From Sedimentisphaerales bacterium (GTDB lineage: Bacteria; Planctomycetota; Phycisphaerae; Sedimentisphaerales; Anaerobacaceae): a stretch of 64,000 nucleotides of DNA. Position numbers and translations under genes: made by a program. This document shows, piece after piece, positions 48,448-57,633 of this stretch (within the stretch, counting starts at the first letter, position 1; every line of letters starts with the position of its first letter). The notes beneath the pieces are model-generated. The model made no database searches. It was not told where the DNA came from and saw only the letters and a list, made by a program, of their open reading frames with translations. Where the stretch lies: positions 160,001-224,000 of the forward strand of contig JAXGYC010000010.1 of assembly GCA_040772485.1 (NCBI GenBank), in the 5' to 3' direction.

Positions 48448-48482
48448 AAGAAGGCCCCGCCCCCTTGCGGGGCTTTTTTGTT
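48448..48482 (+). terminator. Intrinsic terminator
   Basis: GGCCCCGC…GCGGGGCT followed by a T-run. Confidence 0.8.
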
Positions 48483-48788
48483 CCCTCAGGACCAAGTCCG
48501 ACAATCGGCGACCAAGAGAATGACTGGGCCGCCGTGGTTCTACGTCGCTCAGACAGCCAGCCAGCGACCATCCCTCTCGCCTTCGTCTTCGGAGAGTCTC
48601 TGCCCACCCTGAGAAGTCGCAACAGCAATGGGGTTCCGGCCTGCTTGCGTGGCGGCAGGAGCAAGGCTATGATTGTGTACAGGCGAAGGCGATGGGAACA
48701 TCGGTGAATGAGGAGGGCGTATAGAAGACAGAACTGAGCTGCTCATCGGTCCGGTTCGTTCGGAGACGGCGCGTTAAAGGCGGCGACT

Positions 48789-49265
48789 ATGCGGACGGTG
48801 ATTGTGTACTATTCGAAGTTTGGCAATACGCGGCGGGTAGCGGAGGCGATGGCGGAGGTGATGGGTCAGGCGGGCGAGGTGCGTGTGGTCGGGATCGAGC
48901 AATTGACCGCCGGCGACTGGGAGGGAGTCGATCTGGTCGTGGTGGGCAGCCCCACACATGCGTTCAGCGTGCCGGCGGCGGTTCGCTCCGCACTCGCGAA
49001 ACAGCCTCGGGACATTCTGGCGGGCAAGTCTGTGGCGGCGTTCGATACGACGGTCCGCGCCTGGCCGTTCCGGCGTCTGCGGGCCTCGCCCAAGCTGCTG
49101 CGCCGGCTCCGCCGACTGGGCGGCACGCCCGTCGCCGAGCCGGAGACGTTCTTCGTCGCCATGCACGGTGCACCGGCGGCCGGCGGGACCGACCTGCTCG
49201 AAGAAAACCAGATCGACCGAGCCCGACAATGGGCCGCCAGGCTCCTCGATCCATCGAAGGCCTGA
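48789..49265 (+). CDS. Flavodoxin-like protein
   Basis: YYSKFGNTRRVAE, VGSPTH, AAFDT. Confidence 0.85.
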   Translation: MRTVIVYYSKFGNTRRVAEAMAEVMGQAGEVRVVGIEQLTAGDWEGVDLVVVGSPTHAFSVPAAVRSALAKQPRDILAGKSVAAFDTTVRAWPFRRLRASPKLLRRLRRLGGTPVAEPETFFVAMHGAPAAGGTDLLEENQIDRARQWAARLLDPSKA

Positions 49266-49429
49266 GCACGACGCACGACGTCCGGTTTTTGCTCCGGCGG
49301 GGCGATTCGCCGGCAACGAATCGGTGGATGGTGCGTCTATGAGAAAGGAGACGGTGCGTTCTCCGGAAGGCCGGCCGGCTTGCGTGTCGGCCCCATGAGC
49401 AGAGTTGTGCAAGTGGAAGGGAGACTGTC

Positions 49430-50038
49430 ATGAGGACCTCTGGAATCCTCGCTTCTGTCGGCATCGCGTTGGCAATGCCTTTCCTGCTATGGGGTTGCGG
49501 CAAGCCGGACGATCAGACGACGGAGGAAACGGGTACGGACTCGGTGCAGAGCGAGCCCCTGGCGGCAGACCGCGAGCAACAGACAGCAACCCCACCTGCG
49601 TCTCACGCGGCTTCCGCCACCGCGCAGACGGGAGGTGATATAGGCCAGTTGGACAAGCAGATCGAAGAGGTCCGAGCGGCATTTCTGGCTCTCCAGCAGA
49701 TCTGCAAGGCCAACGATGTCGATGGCTACGTCGCTTTCTGGGATGACAAGACGAAGGAGCAGACCGATGCGAGGGATTTGACCATCGCCCAGAGACAACA
49801 GCGGCGGCGCGAGAGGACCTTGGCAAACCCCGGGGCCTTGGAGGAGATCGCCAAGGCCAAGATCGAATCCATCGAGGTGAACACCAGCCAGGCGGAAGGG
49901 ATGGAGCGTTTTGGCCAGAAGGTGGAAGGGACCATGATGGTGGTGTTCACGGACGGTCCTGCCCTGCTGTTCCACGAGACCGCCGACGGATGGAAACTGT
50001 TCACGAAATCAACAGGCGACTACTTCCGCCAGAAATAG
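49430..50038 (+). CDS. Lipoprotein of unknown function
   Basis: GGAG RBS; lipobox LWGC; low-complexity linker; C-terminus ending in DGWKL. Confidence 0.75.
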   Translation: MRTSGILASVGIALAMPFLLWGCGKPDDQTTEETGTDSVQSEPLAADREQQTATPPASHAASATAQTGGDIGQLDKQIEEVRAAFLALQQICKANDVDGYVAFWDDKTKEQTDARDLTIAQRQQRRRERTLANPGALEEIAKAKIESIEVNTSQAEGMERFGQKVEGTMMVVFTDGPALLFHETADGWKLFTKSTGDYFRQK

Positions 50039-50122
50039 CGTGTCGTCCGTTCGCGCTGGCGCGGGCCTCCGGCGACCACCCCCAATCCGCCAGTGGCGGA
50101 TGAGGCTGTCACCCGGCCCGTG

Positions 50123-51571
50123 TCACAGACTGGCGATGTTGAGATTCTTGGCGGCGGCGGTTTCGTTGGGACGCGAGACGGGGGTCGTGACGGGCGCCGC
50201 CTTGAGCTGCCCGGGGTCCTTCTGTGCCAGTTCGGCGATCTCGATCATCGCGGCGATGAACGCGTCGAGCGTCTCCTTGCTCTCCGTCTCGGTCGGCTCG
50301 ATCATCATCGCCTCTTTGACGATCGTCGGAAAGTAGACCGTCGGCGGATGGAATCCCCGGTCGATCAGGGCCTTGGCGATGTCAATGGCGTGCACACCAT
50401 TGGCGGCCATCTCCTCGGTCGTGCTGAAGACGCACTCGTGCTTGCAGAGCTTGTCGAAGGCGGGAGCGTAGTGGTCCTTGAGCTTGCAGCGGACGTAGTT
50501 GGCGTTGAGCACGGCATTCTCGGCGACGCGGGCGAGGCCCTCTTTGCCCAGCAGGAGAATATAGACGTAGGCCCGCAGCACAATCCCGAAGTTGCCATAG
50601 AACGGCGCGACGTAGCCGATGGATTTGGGCCGGTCGTACTCCAGGGCGAACGTCCCATCCGCGCGTTTGACGACGATGGAGACGGGCAGGAACGGCACGA
50701 GGCGCTCCTTGACGCCGACCGGTCCGGCTCCGGGACCGCCGCCGCCGTGCGGCGTGGCGAAGGTCTTGTGCAGGTTCAGATGGACGATGTCGAAGCCGAA
50801 GTCGCCCGGCCGGGCCTTGCCCACGATCGCGTTGAGATTGGCGCCGTCGTAATACGCCAGGCCGTCGACGCTGTGGATCAGGTCGCAGATCTCGCCGATG
50901 TGCGGGTTGAACAGGCCCAGCGTGTTGGGACACGTCAGCATCACGCCGGCGACGTCGTCGCCGATCGCTCGCTTGAGGGCCGTCAGGTCCATCAAGCCGT
51001 CGGCGCCGCTGGGGATCGAGACAACACGGTAGCCTGCGATGGCGGCGCTGGCGGGGTTGGTGCCGTGCGCGCTGTCGGGCGCCAGCACGACAGTCTTCTT
51101 GTTGCCCTTGTCCCGATGGTAGGCGGCCATGATCATCATGCCGGTCAGCTCGCCGTGCGCACCGGCCATCGGCTGCATCGTGAAACCCGCCATCCCGGTG
51201 ATCTCGCGGAGCAACAGGTCCATCTCGTAGAGGATCGCCAAAGCCCCCTGTGTGAGCATGCCGCCCATGCGCAACTGCGGCAACAGGGGGTGCAGATGTG
51301 CGAAGCCCGGATAGCCGGCGATGCGCTCGGCGACCTTCGGATTGTACTTCATCGTGCAGGAGCCGAGCGGGTAGAAGTTGGTGTCGACGCCGAAGTTGCG
51401 GCGGGACAGCTCGGTGAAGTGACGCACGACGTCCAGCTCGCTCAGCTCGGGCAACGTCGCACCGCGATCGCGCAACAGACTGTCACTGATGTTGATCGTC
51501 GTCGGAACATCGCTCGGGCCGGGACACACGCCCCGACGGCCCGGCACGCTCTTCTCGAACAGCAGCTTCAT
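50123..51571 (-). CDS. gcvPB: Glycine dehydrogenase (decarboxylating) subunit 2
   Basis: YPLGSCTMKYNP, AHGTNPAS, HLNLHKTF, GGGGPG. Confidence 0.96.
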   Translation of the reverse strand: MKLLFEKSVPGRRGVCPGPSDVPTTINISDSLLRDRGATLPELSELDVVRHFTELSRRNFGVDTNFYPLGSCTMKYNPKVAERIAGYPGFAHLHPLLPQLRMGGMLTQGALAILYEMDLLLREITGMAGFTMQPMAGAHGELTGMMIMAAYHRDKGNKKTVVLAPDSAHGTNPASAAIAGYRVVSIPSGADGLMDLTALKRAIGDDVAGVMLTCPNTLGLFNPHIGEICDLIHSVDGLAYYDGANLNAIVGKARPGDFGFDIVHLNLHKTFATPHGGGGPGAGPVGVKERLVPFLPVSIVVKRADGTFALEYDRPKSIGYVAPFYGNFGIVLRAYVYILLLGKEGLARVAENAVLNANYVRCKLKDHYAPAFDKLCKHECVFSTTEEMAANGVHAIDIAKALIDRGFHPPTVYFPTIVKEAMMIEPTETESKETLDAFIAAMIEIAELAQKDPGQLKAAPVTTPVSRPNETAAAKNLNIASL

Positions 51572-51582
51572 AGCACACCCAT

Positions 51583-51695
51583 AAGGCAAATCAAAATGTA
51601 AAATGCAAAGATCAAAACTGCAGATCCAAATTCAAAAAGACCCTCGCCGAAGGCGATTCCACAGTCTTGATCCTTCCTGTTTGATTCTTGATTTC
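51583..51695. repeat. Heptamer-periodic inverted-repeat element (same family as 22128-22227)
   Basis: AATCAAA ATGTAAA ATGCAAA GATCAAA… central TCGCC-GAA-GGCGA hairpin …TTTGATT CTTGATT. Confidence 0.6.
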
Positions 51696-53025
51696 ACAGC
51701 ACGCTTTCCAGCGCCTCGGCCAACATGCCGATCTCCTGCTTGGTGCGTTTTTCGGTCACGCAGATCAGCATGGAGTTTTCCATTCCTTTGTAGTACCGGC
51801 TCAGCGGGAAGCCCGCCGCAAAGCCCTTCTCGATCAGCCTGGCGATCACATCGGCCGCCTCGTAGGGCAGATCGAGCACAAACTCGTTGAAGAACCACCT
51901 GGCCTTGAAGTGCGGCTCCACGCCCTTGATCGCGGTCAGACACTGGTAGGCATAGCTGGCTTTGTCGGCGCAGCGCTGGGCGGTCTCCCGAAGCCCCTCC
52001 TTGCCGAGTAGCGCGAGGTACACGAGCGCCGTCAGGGCGCATAAGGCCTCGTTCGAGCAGATGTTCGACGTCGCTTTGTCGCGTCGGATGTGCTGCTCGC
52101 GGGCCTGGAGCGTCAGGACGAAGGCGCGGCGGCCTTCGCGGTCGGTCGTCTCGCCAACGACGCGTCCGGGCATCTTGCGCACGTGCTCTTTGCGGGCGGC
52201 CATGAAGCCGAGGTACGGACCGCCGAACGACATCGGCATCCCGAGACTCTGGCCCTCGCCTGTGACGATGTCGGCGCCCATCGCGCCGGGCGTCTTGAGG
52301 ATGCCCAGCGAAATCGGATAGCACGAGACCAGCAGCAGGGCGCCCTTCTCATGGGCGGCCTTGGCCAGATCGGTGAAGTCATCGATGCAGCCGAAGAAGT
52401 TCGGGTTCTGGACGATGATCGCGGCGGTCTGGCCGTCGAGCCGGTCGAGAATCTCGGCGCGATTGGCCAAGCCGTTGGTGCAGTGGGTCTCGTTCAGGTC
52501 GACCGGGAGGTTCTGCGTGTGCGAGTGGATCATCACGCGGTAGATCGGATGAACACTGTCGTCGATGATGACCTTGTGGCGACCCGTGATTCGCATGGCC
52601 ATCATCATCGCCTCGTACATGGCGGTGCCGCCATCGTAGAGCGAGGCGTTGGACACCTCCATGCCGGTGAGCCGGCAGATGATGGACTGATACTCGTAGA
52701 TCGCCTGCAATGTCCCCTGGGACAGCTCGGGCTGGTACGGCGTGTAAGCGGTATAGAACTCGCTGCGGGAGATGATTGAGTAGACCGCCGACGGGATGAA
52801 ATGGTCGTAGAACCCGCCGCCCAGAAAGAGCGTCAGGTCAATCGAGTTCTTGCATGCCAGGTCGGCCAGGCGATTGCGGACCTCCATCTCGCTCAGGCCG
52901 GCCGGCAGATGGAACGACTGGGCTTTCAGATCGGCGGGGATGTCGGCGAACAAGCCGTCCATCGTCAGGCCGATCTGGGCGAGCATTTCCCGTTGTTGCT
53001 GCTCTGTGTGTGGCATGAAGGGCAT
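51694..53025 (-). CDS. gcvPA: Glycine dehydrogenase (decarboxylating) subunit 1
   Basis: TAYTPYQPELSQG, NASLYDG, REQHIRRDKATSNICSN. Confidence 0.96.
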   Translation of the reverse strand: MPFMPHTEQQQREMLAQIGLTMDGLFADIPADLKAQSFHLPAGLSEMEVRNRLADLACKNSIDLTLFLGGGFYDHFIPSAVYSIISRSEFYTAYTPYQPELSQGTLQAIYEYQSIICRLTGMEVSNASLYDGGTAMYEAMMMAMRITGRHKVIIDDSVHPIYRVMIHSHTQNLPVDLNETHCTNGLANRAEILDRLDGQTAAIIVQNPNFFGCIDDFTDLAKAAHEKGALLLVSCYPISLGILKTPGAMGADIVTGEGQSLGMPMSFGGPYLGFMAARKEHVRKMPGRVVGETTDREGRRAFVLTLQAREQHIRRDKATSNICSNEALCALTALVYLALLGKEGLRETAQRCADKASYAYQCLTAIKGVEPHFKARWFFNEFVLDLPYEAADVIARLIEKGFAAGFPLSRYYKGMENSMLICVTEKRTKQEIGMLAEALESVL

Positions 53026-53076
53026 GGCCTTTGCTCCGAGGATTGGGTCTCACAGGACCGACAGGACCTGCTGGAC

Positions 53077-53457
53077 CTACAGTGTGTCGAGGTACTCCTG
53101 GTACTTCGTGGCGTTCATCAGATTGTCGAGCGACTTCTTATCGGTGACCTGGAGCTTGCAGATCCAGCCGCTCTTGTAGCAGTCTTCATTGATCAGTTCG
53201 GGCTTCGTGCTCAGCTCAGAGTTGATCTCGGTGACGGTCCCGGTCACGGGGCTATAGACGTCACCGGCGGCCTTGGAACTCTCCACCACGGCGATCTCCT
53301 TGTGCGAAGCAAACTGCTTGCCCACCTCGGGCAGCTCGACGAACACCAACTCGCCCAACTGCTCCTGCGCGTAGTCCGTGATGCCCATCGTGACGACGTC
53401 ACCGGCGACCTTTGCCCATTCGTGGTCCTTCGTGTAGAGCAAACCCTCGACGACCAT
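53077..53457 (-). CDS. gcvH: Glycine cleavage system H protein
   Basis: YTKDHEW, GITDYAQ, VESSKAA lipoyl-lysine motif. Confidence 0.95.
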   Translation of the reverse strand: MVVEGLLYTKDHEWAKVAGDVVTMGITDYAQEQLGELVFVELPEVGKQFASHKEIAVVESSKAAGDVYSPVTGTVTEINSELSTKPELINEDCYKSGWICKLQVTDKKSLDNLMNATKYQEYLDTL

Positions 53458-53471
53458 TGCGTTGCCTCCCG

Positions 53472-54767
53472 TCAGAACTTCTCGAATCGGCCGACGACGG
53501 TTCCCGTCAGATCGGCCTTTGTTTGTTGTCCCTTGTCCATGTGTTCGGCCCGGCCCTGCTGGACCTGGCTGGAGCTTCGCGCCAGGTAGTAGACGCCCAG
53601 CGCGTTGCCTTCCGCCGCCGCATTGCGGCTGATGTAGGCCAGGGCGTACTGCTTCTCACCGGCCGTTGCGCTGCTGAGCACCCAGCCGACGCAGACGCCG
53701 CAACCGTCAATGACCGGGTCATCCGGACGGATCGGGCGAACTCCTCTCGCCGCGGAGAACTCCAGACGCGCCACCTGCATCTCGTACGTCTGGGCAATCT
53801 TCGCCATCGGCGTCTTGCCCACGAAGAACGTCTTGTCGAGCTTCACCGCCCACCCATAGCCGGCCTCGAAAGGCGAGATCCCGAACTTGCCGTCCAACTC
53901 ATGCCCGTAGAGCGGCAGACCTGCCTCGATCCGGAGGCTGTCGCGGGCGCCCAGCCCACACGGCAGCACGCCCAGCGGCTTGCCCGCCTCCAGGATCAGG
54001 TTCCAGAGCCGGGCAGCCTGGTCGGGATGGACGAACAGCTCGAAGCCGACCTTCGACCCGGTATACCCGGTCCGGCAGATCAGGCAGTCGATCCCGGACA
54101 GCTTTTGCTCGAAGAACGCGAACGGCTTCAGACCCGACAGCTTCTCGGCGATCGACCCATCCGAAGACAGCTTCGCCAGCACGTCGATGGAGGCTGGTCC
54201 CTGCAAGGCGATGTCGACGCGGCAATCAGATCCGGCCGTGGTATCGCGCATGTCGCGGAGGATACACGACTCGCACGGACTGAATCCCGTCCGGTGCGGC
54301 TCGACCTCGATCACGACGCGACCGGCCAGGAGTTCCTTGAGATAGGCTTTGATCTTCGGCTCGTTGGCGGCGTTGACGACGACCATGTAGAGCTGCTCGG
54401 CCCGGCGGTAGACGATGATGTCGTCCAGGATGTTGCCGGCGGCGTCGAGGATGTAGCTGTACTGGGCCCGCCCGACGGCCAGCTTGCGGACGTCGTTGGT
54501 GGTGGCGGCGTGCAGGAGGCCGGCGGCCCCCCCGCCGGAAAACTCCAGCACGCCCATGTGGGTGCAGTCGAACAGCCCGGCGGCTCGGCGGACCGCCTGG
54601 TGCTCGGCCGCAATCGTGGAATACCACAGCGGCATCACGTACCCCGCAAAGGGGCTCATCCGCGACTTGTTCGTCAGCTTGAGATGCTCTTCATACAGCA
54701 CGCTCGGCGCCGGCTCGGCGACGGGCGGCTCGAAAACGAACTGGCCTGAAGGCGTACTTCCCTGCAC
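53472..54767 (-). CDS. gcvT: Glycine cleavage system T protein (aminomethyltransferase)
   Basis: FAGYVMPLWY, GLFDCTHMG, RTGYTG, GLGARDSLRIEAG; GTG start after AGGAG. Confidence 0.92.
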   Translation of the reverse strand: MQGSTPSGQFVFEPPVAEPAPSVLYEEHLKLTNKSRMSPFAGYVMPLWYSTIAAEHQAVRRAAGLFDCTHMGVLEFSGGGAAGLLHAATTNDVRKLAVGRAQYSYILDAAGNILDDIIVYRRAEQLYMVVVNAANEPKIKAYLKELLAGRVVIEVEPHRTGFSPCESCILRDMRDTTAGSDCRVDIALQGPASIDVLAKLSSDGSIAEKLSGLKPFAFFEQKLSGIDCLICRTGYTGSKVGFELFVHPDQAARLWNLILEAGKPLGVLPCGLGARDSLRIEAGLPLYGHELDGKFGISPFEAGYGWAVKLDKTFFVGKTPMAKIAQTYEMQVARLEFSAARGVRPIRPDDPVIDGCGVCVGWVLSSATAGEKQYALAYISRNAAAEGNALGVYYLARSSSQVQQGRAEHMDKGQQTKADLTGTVVGRFEKF

Positions 54768-54979
54768 TTGGTTGGCTCCTTTCCAGGGCGTGAAAAGCCA
54801 TAGGATAGGACAATCCGCCCCGCCGTCAAGCACCTTCTGGGCAATTCTCCCGCCGCAGGGGCACCGGGGAGATCCCCTGCCCCCATCCCAGGGACCGGTT
54901 ACCGGCCTGGCGCGCACAGCCTTTTACATGTAGGGCAAGGGCCCCACGGAATGGAAACCTTCACCTGGGAGCACAAACC

Positions 54980-55066
54980 ATGAAGACGATCGAGAGAATC
55001 CTGCTGTTGGTTGCGGCAATCCTGGCGATGGCGTCATTGAGCGGCTGCATCGTGTTCTCGTGTTAG
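54980..55066 (+). CDS. Putative micro-lipoprotein (28 aa, MKTIERILLLVAAILAMASLSGCIVFSC)
   Basis: GGGAG RBS; basic n-region, hydrophobic h-region, lipobox LSGC. Confidence 0.55.
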   Translation: MKTIERILLLVAAILAMASLSGCIVFSC

Positions 55067-55210
55067 GAACCCATCAGCCGCACCAGCCGTGCCGTCGCCC
55101 GGACCCAAATCGCAGCGTTCTCACCGAAGCCCAACGCAGCTCCAATCTGCTGCCATCTCGCGCGGTTCCTGCCTGAAGGACATTTCTACATGCGCCAGGC
55201 GTGGCAGCAA

Positions 55211-56206
55211 TCACCTTTCGATGAGAGATTCGTCGACTTTCATGCCGAAGTGGCGGCCGCCGTGAGTGGTGTGGGCGAGGACCTTGTCACCCGGCTTGAG
55301 GCTGGTGACCGCGATGGCCTTGCCCTGTGGATCGACCAGGCGAATCGTTTCGGCGTTCTGGAGGACCAGACTGACGGGCTGCCCCCCCGCTTCGGCCTCG
55401 ATCAGCATCATGGGGCGGCGTTCGATCTTGTTGCGGCCCAGATAGGCAACCTGGCTGCGCCCCTGCCAGTCGACCAGCAGAACCTCGTCGCCCGTCTTCA
55501 GATCGGCCAGGTATTTTGTCTTGCCGCCCGGCGCCATCGCGTAGGCGTGCACGGCGCCCGCGTTGACACGGAAGGGACGCGACGCGACGTAGGGGTTGTC
55601 GATCGATTCGGAGTGCACGAGAAAGAAGCCCGAGGCGGTGTTGCCCACCAGCATGCCCTCGCCCAGCGTCATCTGAGTGCAGGTGTCCAGGCACGCGCGG
55701 TCGCCCATGCCGAGCTGCCTGACGGTAGCGATAACGGCCTCAACCAGACCGATCTTCTCGCTGACCCCGTGGACGATCTGGGCGGTCTTCTTGATCTCGT
55801 TGACGTTTGTCGTATTGAGCAGGACGCCGTCGACACCCTTTTCGAGGATCTCGACCATGAGCCTGGCCTGGTCGCTGTTTTCGACCTGGACGATCAGGTT
55901 ACCGCCCCGCCGGGCCAACAGGTTCTCGATCGGGATGATGGTCCAGTCGAGCATCTTCAGGACGACAAGCTTGCCGGCGGGCACGGCGGCGGCCCGGTCC
56001 TCGTCGGCCTTGCTGCTGATGTCGATGAACTCGACGTCTACGCCGGGCTTCAGGTCGCCGGAGACCTCGACCGTCTTGATCCTGCCGAACTGCCGCACGG
56101 TATTGCTCTGCCCATCCGGCAGCACGACCGCCTCGGCGCCGCTTTCCAACGCCGCAATGGCGATTTCCTTGACGTACGGGTTCGCGTTTACCCAGAGTCT
56201 CTTCAT
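55211..56206 (-). CDS. 3-dehydroquinate synthase type II (archaeal-type)
   Basis: DWTIIPIENL, LEKGVDGV, GDRACLDTC, RPFRVNAGAVH, QNAETIRL, GRHFG. Confidence 0.9.
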   Translation of the reverse strand: MKRLWVNANPYVKEIAIAALESGAEAVVLPDGQSNTVRQFGRIKTVEVSGDLKPGVDVEFIDISSKADEDRAAAVPAGKLVVLKMLDWTIIPIENLLARRGGNLIVQVENSDQARLMVEILEKGVDGVLLNTTNVNEIKKTAQIVHGVSEKIGLVEAVIATVRQLGMGDRACLDTCTQMTLGEGMLVGNTASGFFLVHSESIDNPYVASRPFRVNAGAVHAYAMAPGGKTKYLADLKTGDEVLLVDWQGRSQVAYLGRNKIERRPMMLIEAEAGGQPVSLVLQNAETIRLVDPQGKAIAVTSLKPGDKVLAHTTHGGRHFGMKVDESLIER

Positions 56207-56652
56207 ATCCGGCTCCAGCACATCTGGACACATCCTGCTGTGGTTTCGTTGCCCGATTAGACGTCCGCAAGCAGCGACTGTCAATAGACTTGGCAAACCG
56301 CAAGCGAGGATAGGACTTGACAGTCGCCCCCGACCCGGCCCATATTGGACGCCAATTGGGGAGGTCGGTGCCATTCGTTGAAAGGGTGGGAGAATGGATC
56401 GAGGCAAGGACTCATACCCGCAAGGTCGGCCACCAGCACACACCACAGGCATGGCCAGGCGACAGCCGACAGATCTGGACACGGCGATTTTTGCAGAGGA
56501 TAGACTGAACCGATGCCGACCGGAACGACTATATGTCGGGACACATCGTGCGCAGGAGCACCGTTCACGAAGGAAATGGAAAATCGCGGCTGCCCAGACC
56601 GTCTGACCAGCCGGCATGTTGGGGACCCAGCAAAACCCTTGAGTAAGGAGCC

Positions 56653-57060
56653 ATGAGTATGGGTATGTTGCAGGAGTTCAAAGCGTTCGCCATGAGAGGC
56701 AATGTCGTGGACATGGCCGTGGGCATCATCGTCGGGGGCGCCTTCGGCAAGATCGTGTCGTCCTTTGTCGCCGATGTGATCATGCCGCCGATCGGGCTGC
56801 TGCTCGGGGGCGTGGATTTCTCCGACCTGTCCCTTACCCTGAAGAAAGCGGTGGGCGAGACGGCCGCGGTCACCCTGAACTACGGCAAGTTCATTCAGAC
56901 CGTCATCGATTTTCTGATCATTGCTTTCGCGATCTTCATGGCGATCAAGGCGATGAACGCGCTGAAGAGGAAGCAGGAAGAAGCCCCGGCCGCGCCCCCG
57001 GCGCCTCCCAGAGAAGAGGTTCTGCTAACCGAGATCAGAGACCTGCTCAAGCGGAGCTAA
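56653..57060 (+). CDS. mscL: Large-conductance mechanosensitive channel
   Basis: [31 protein letters not shown]. Confidence 0.97.
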   Translation: MSMGMLQEFKAFAMRGNVVDMAVGIIVGGAFGKIVSSFVADVIMPPIGLLLGGVDFSDLSLTLKKAVGETAAVTLNYGKFIQTVIDFLIIAFAIFMAIKAMNALKRKQEEAPAAPPAPPREEVLLTEIRDLLKRS

Positions 57061-57216
57061 ACTGGTTTCTGGTCTCTCGGAACAGGACACGTCATTCGCG
57101 GCAGCCCGGCCCGGCGTCGGCGAGCGCCGGGCCGGATGAGTGCTGGGCCGGCAGAATGGGGCAATCTCTGTAGTCTGTCGCGACCACCACCCTGCGTGAT
57201 ATGACGTAAAGGAGCC

Positions 57217-57549
57217 GTGGTGAGCGCCAGAACAGCACGCAGAAAGGGCAGCGTTGGAGCAGCGGTGGTGTGGATGTTCGTGATCTCGCTGCTGCTGTTC
57301 TGGCTGCCGGTGTTCGGGCCATTGATCGCCGGGCTGGTCGGAGGCAAGAGGGCCGGCGGAGTCGGTGCGGCCATTGTGGCAGTGTTCTTTCCCGCCATTG
57401 CGCTCGGCGTGTTCTTCCTGGTTTTCTCCACCGCCCTGACCGGCATGCCTGTGGTGGGCCTTCTGGCCGGCGCCGGCGGATTCCTGCTGGCCGCCAGCGG
57501 CGTCGGGATGCTCCTGGTCGGCGCGATCGTCGGCGGCGTTCTGGCTTGA
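57217..57549 (+). CDS. Small Gly-rich membrane protein
   Basis: AAGGAG RBS; 3-4 hydrophobic helices with GxxxG motifs. Confidence 0.7.
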   Translation: MVSARTARRKGSVGAAVVWMFVISLLLFWLPVFGPLIAGLVGGKRAGGVGAAIVAVFFPAIALGVFFLVFSTALTGMPVVGLLAGAGGFLLAASGVGMLLVGAIVGGVLA

Positions 57550-57633
57550 CATCGCCGGCGCGGATCGGTACTGTCGCTTCGGCGTGTGCGGCATGAATCC
57601 GAGCATGGTGACGTCGAGTCAGGAGCGCATCGT

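Noticed and set aside
54768..54960. Glycine riboswitch upstream of gcvT (GGAGA…GAAGGTGC on the minus strand)
   Set aside because: The CTCAGG element and second aptamer are missing, and a TTGACG…TATCCT promoter lies downstream of the partial match
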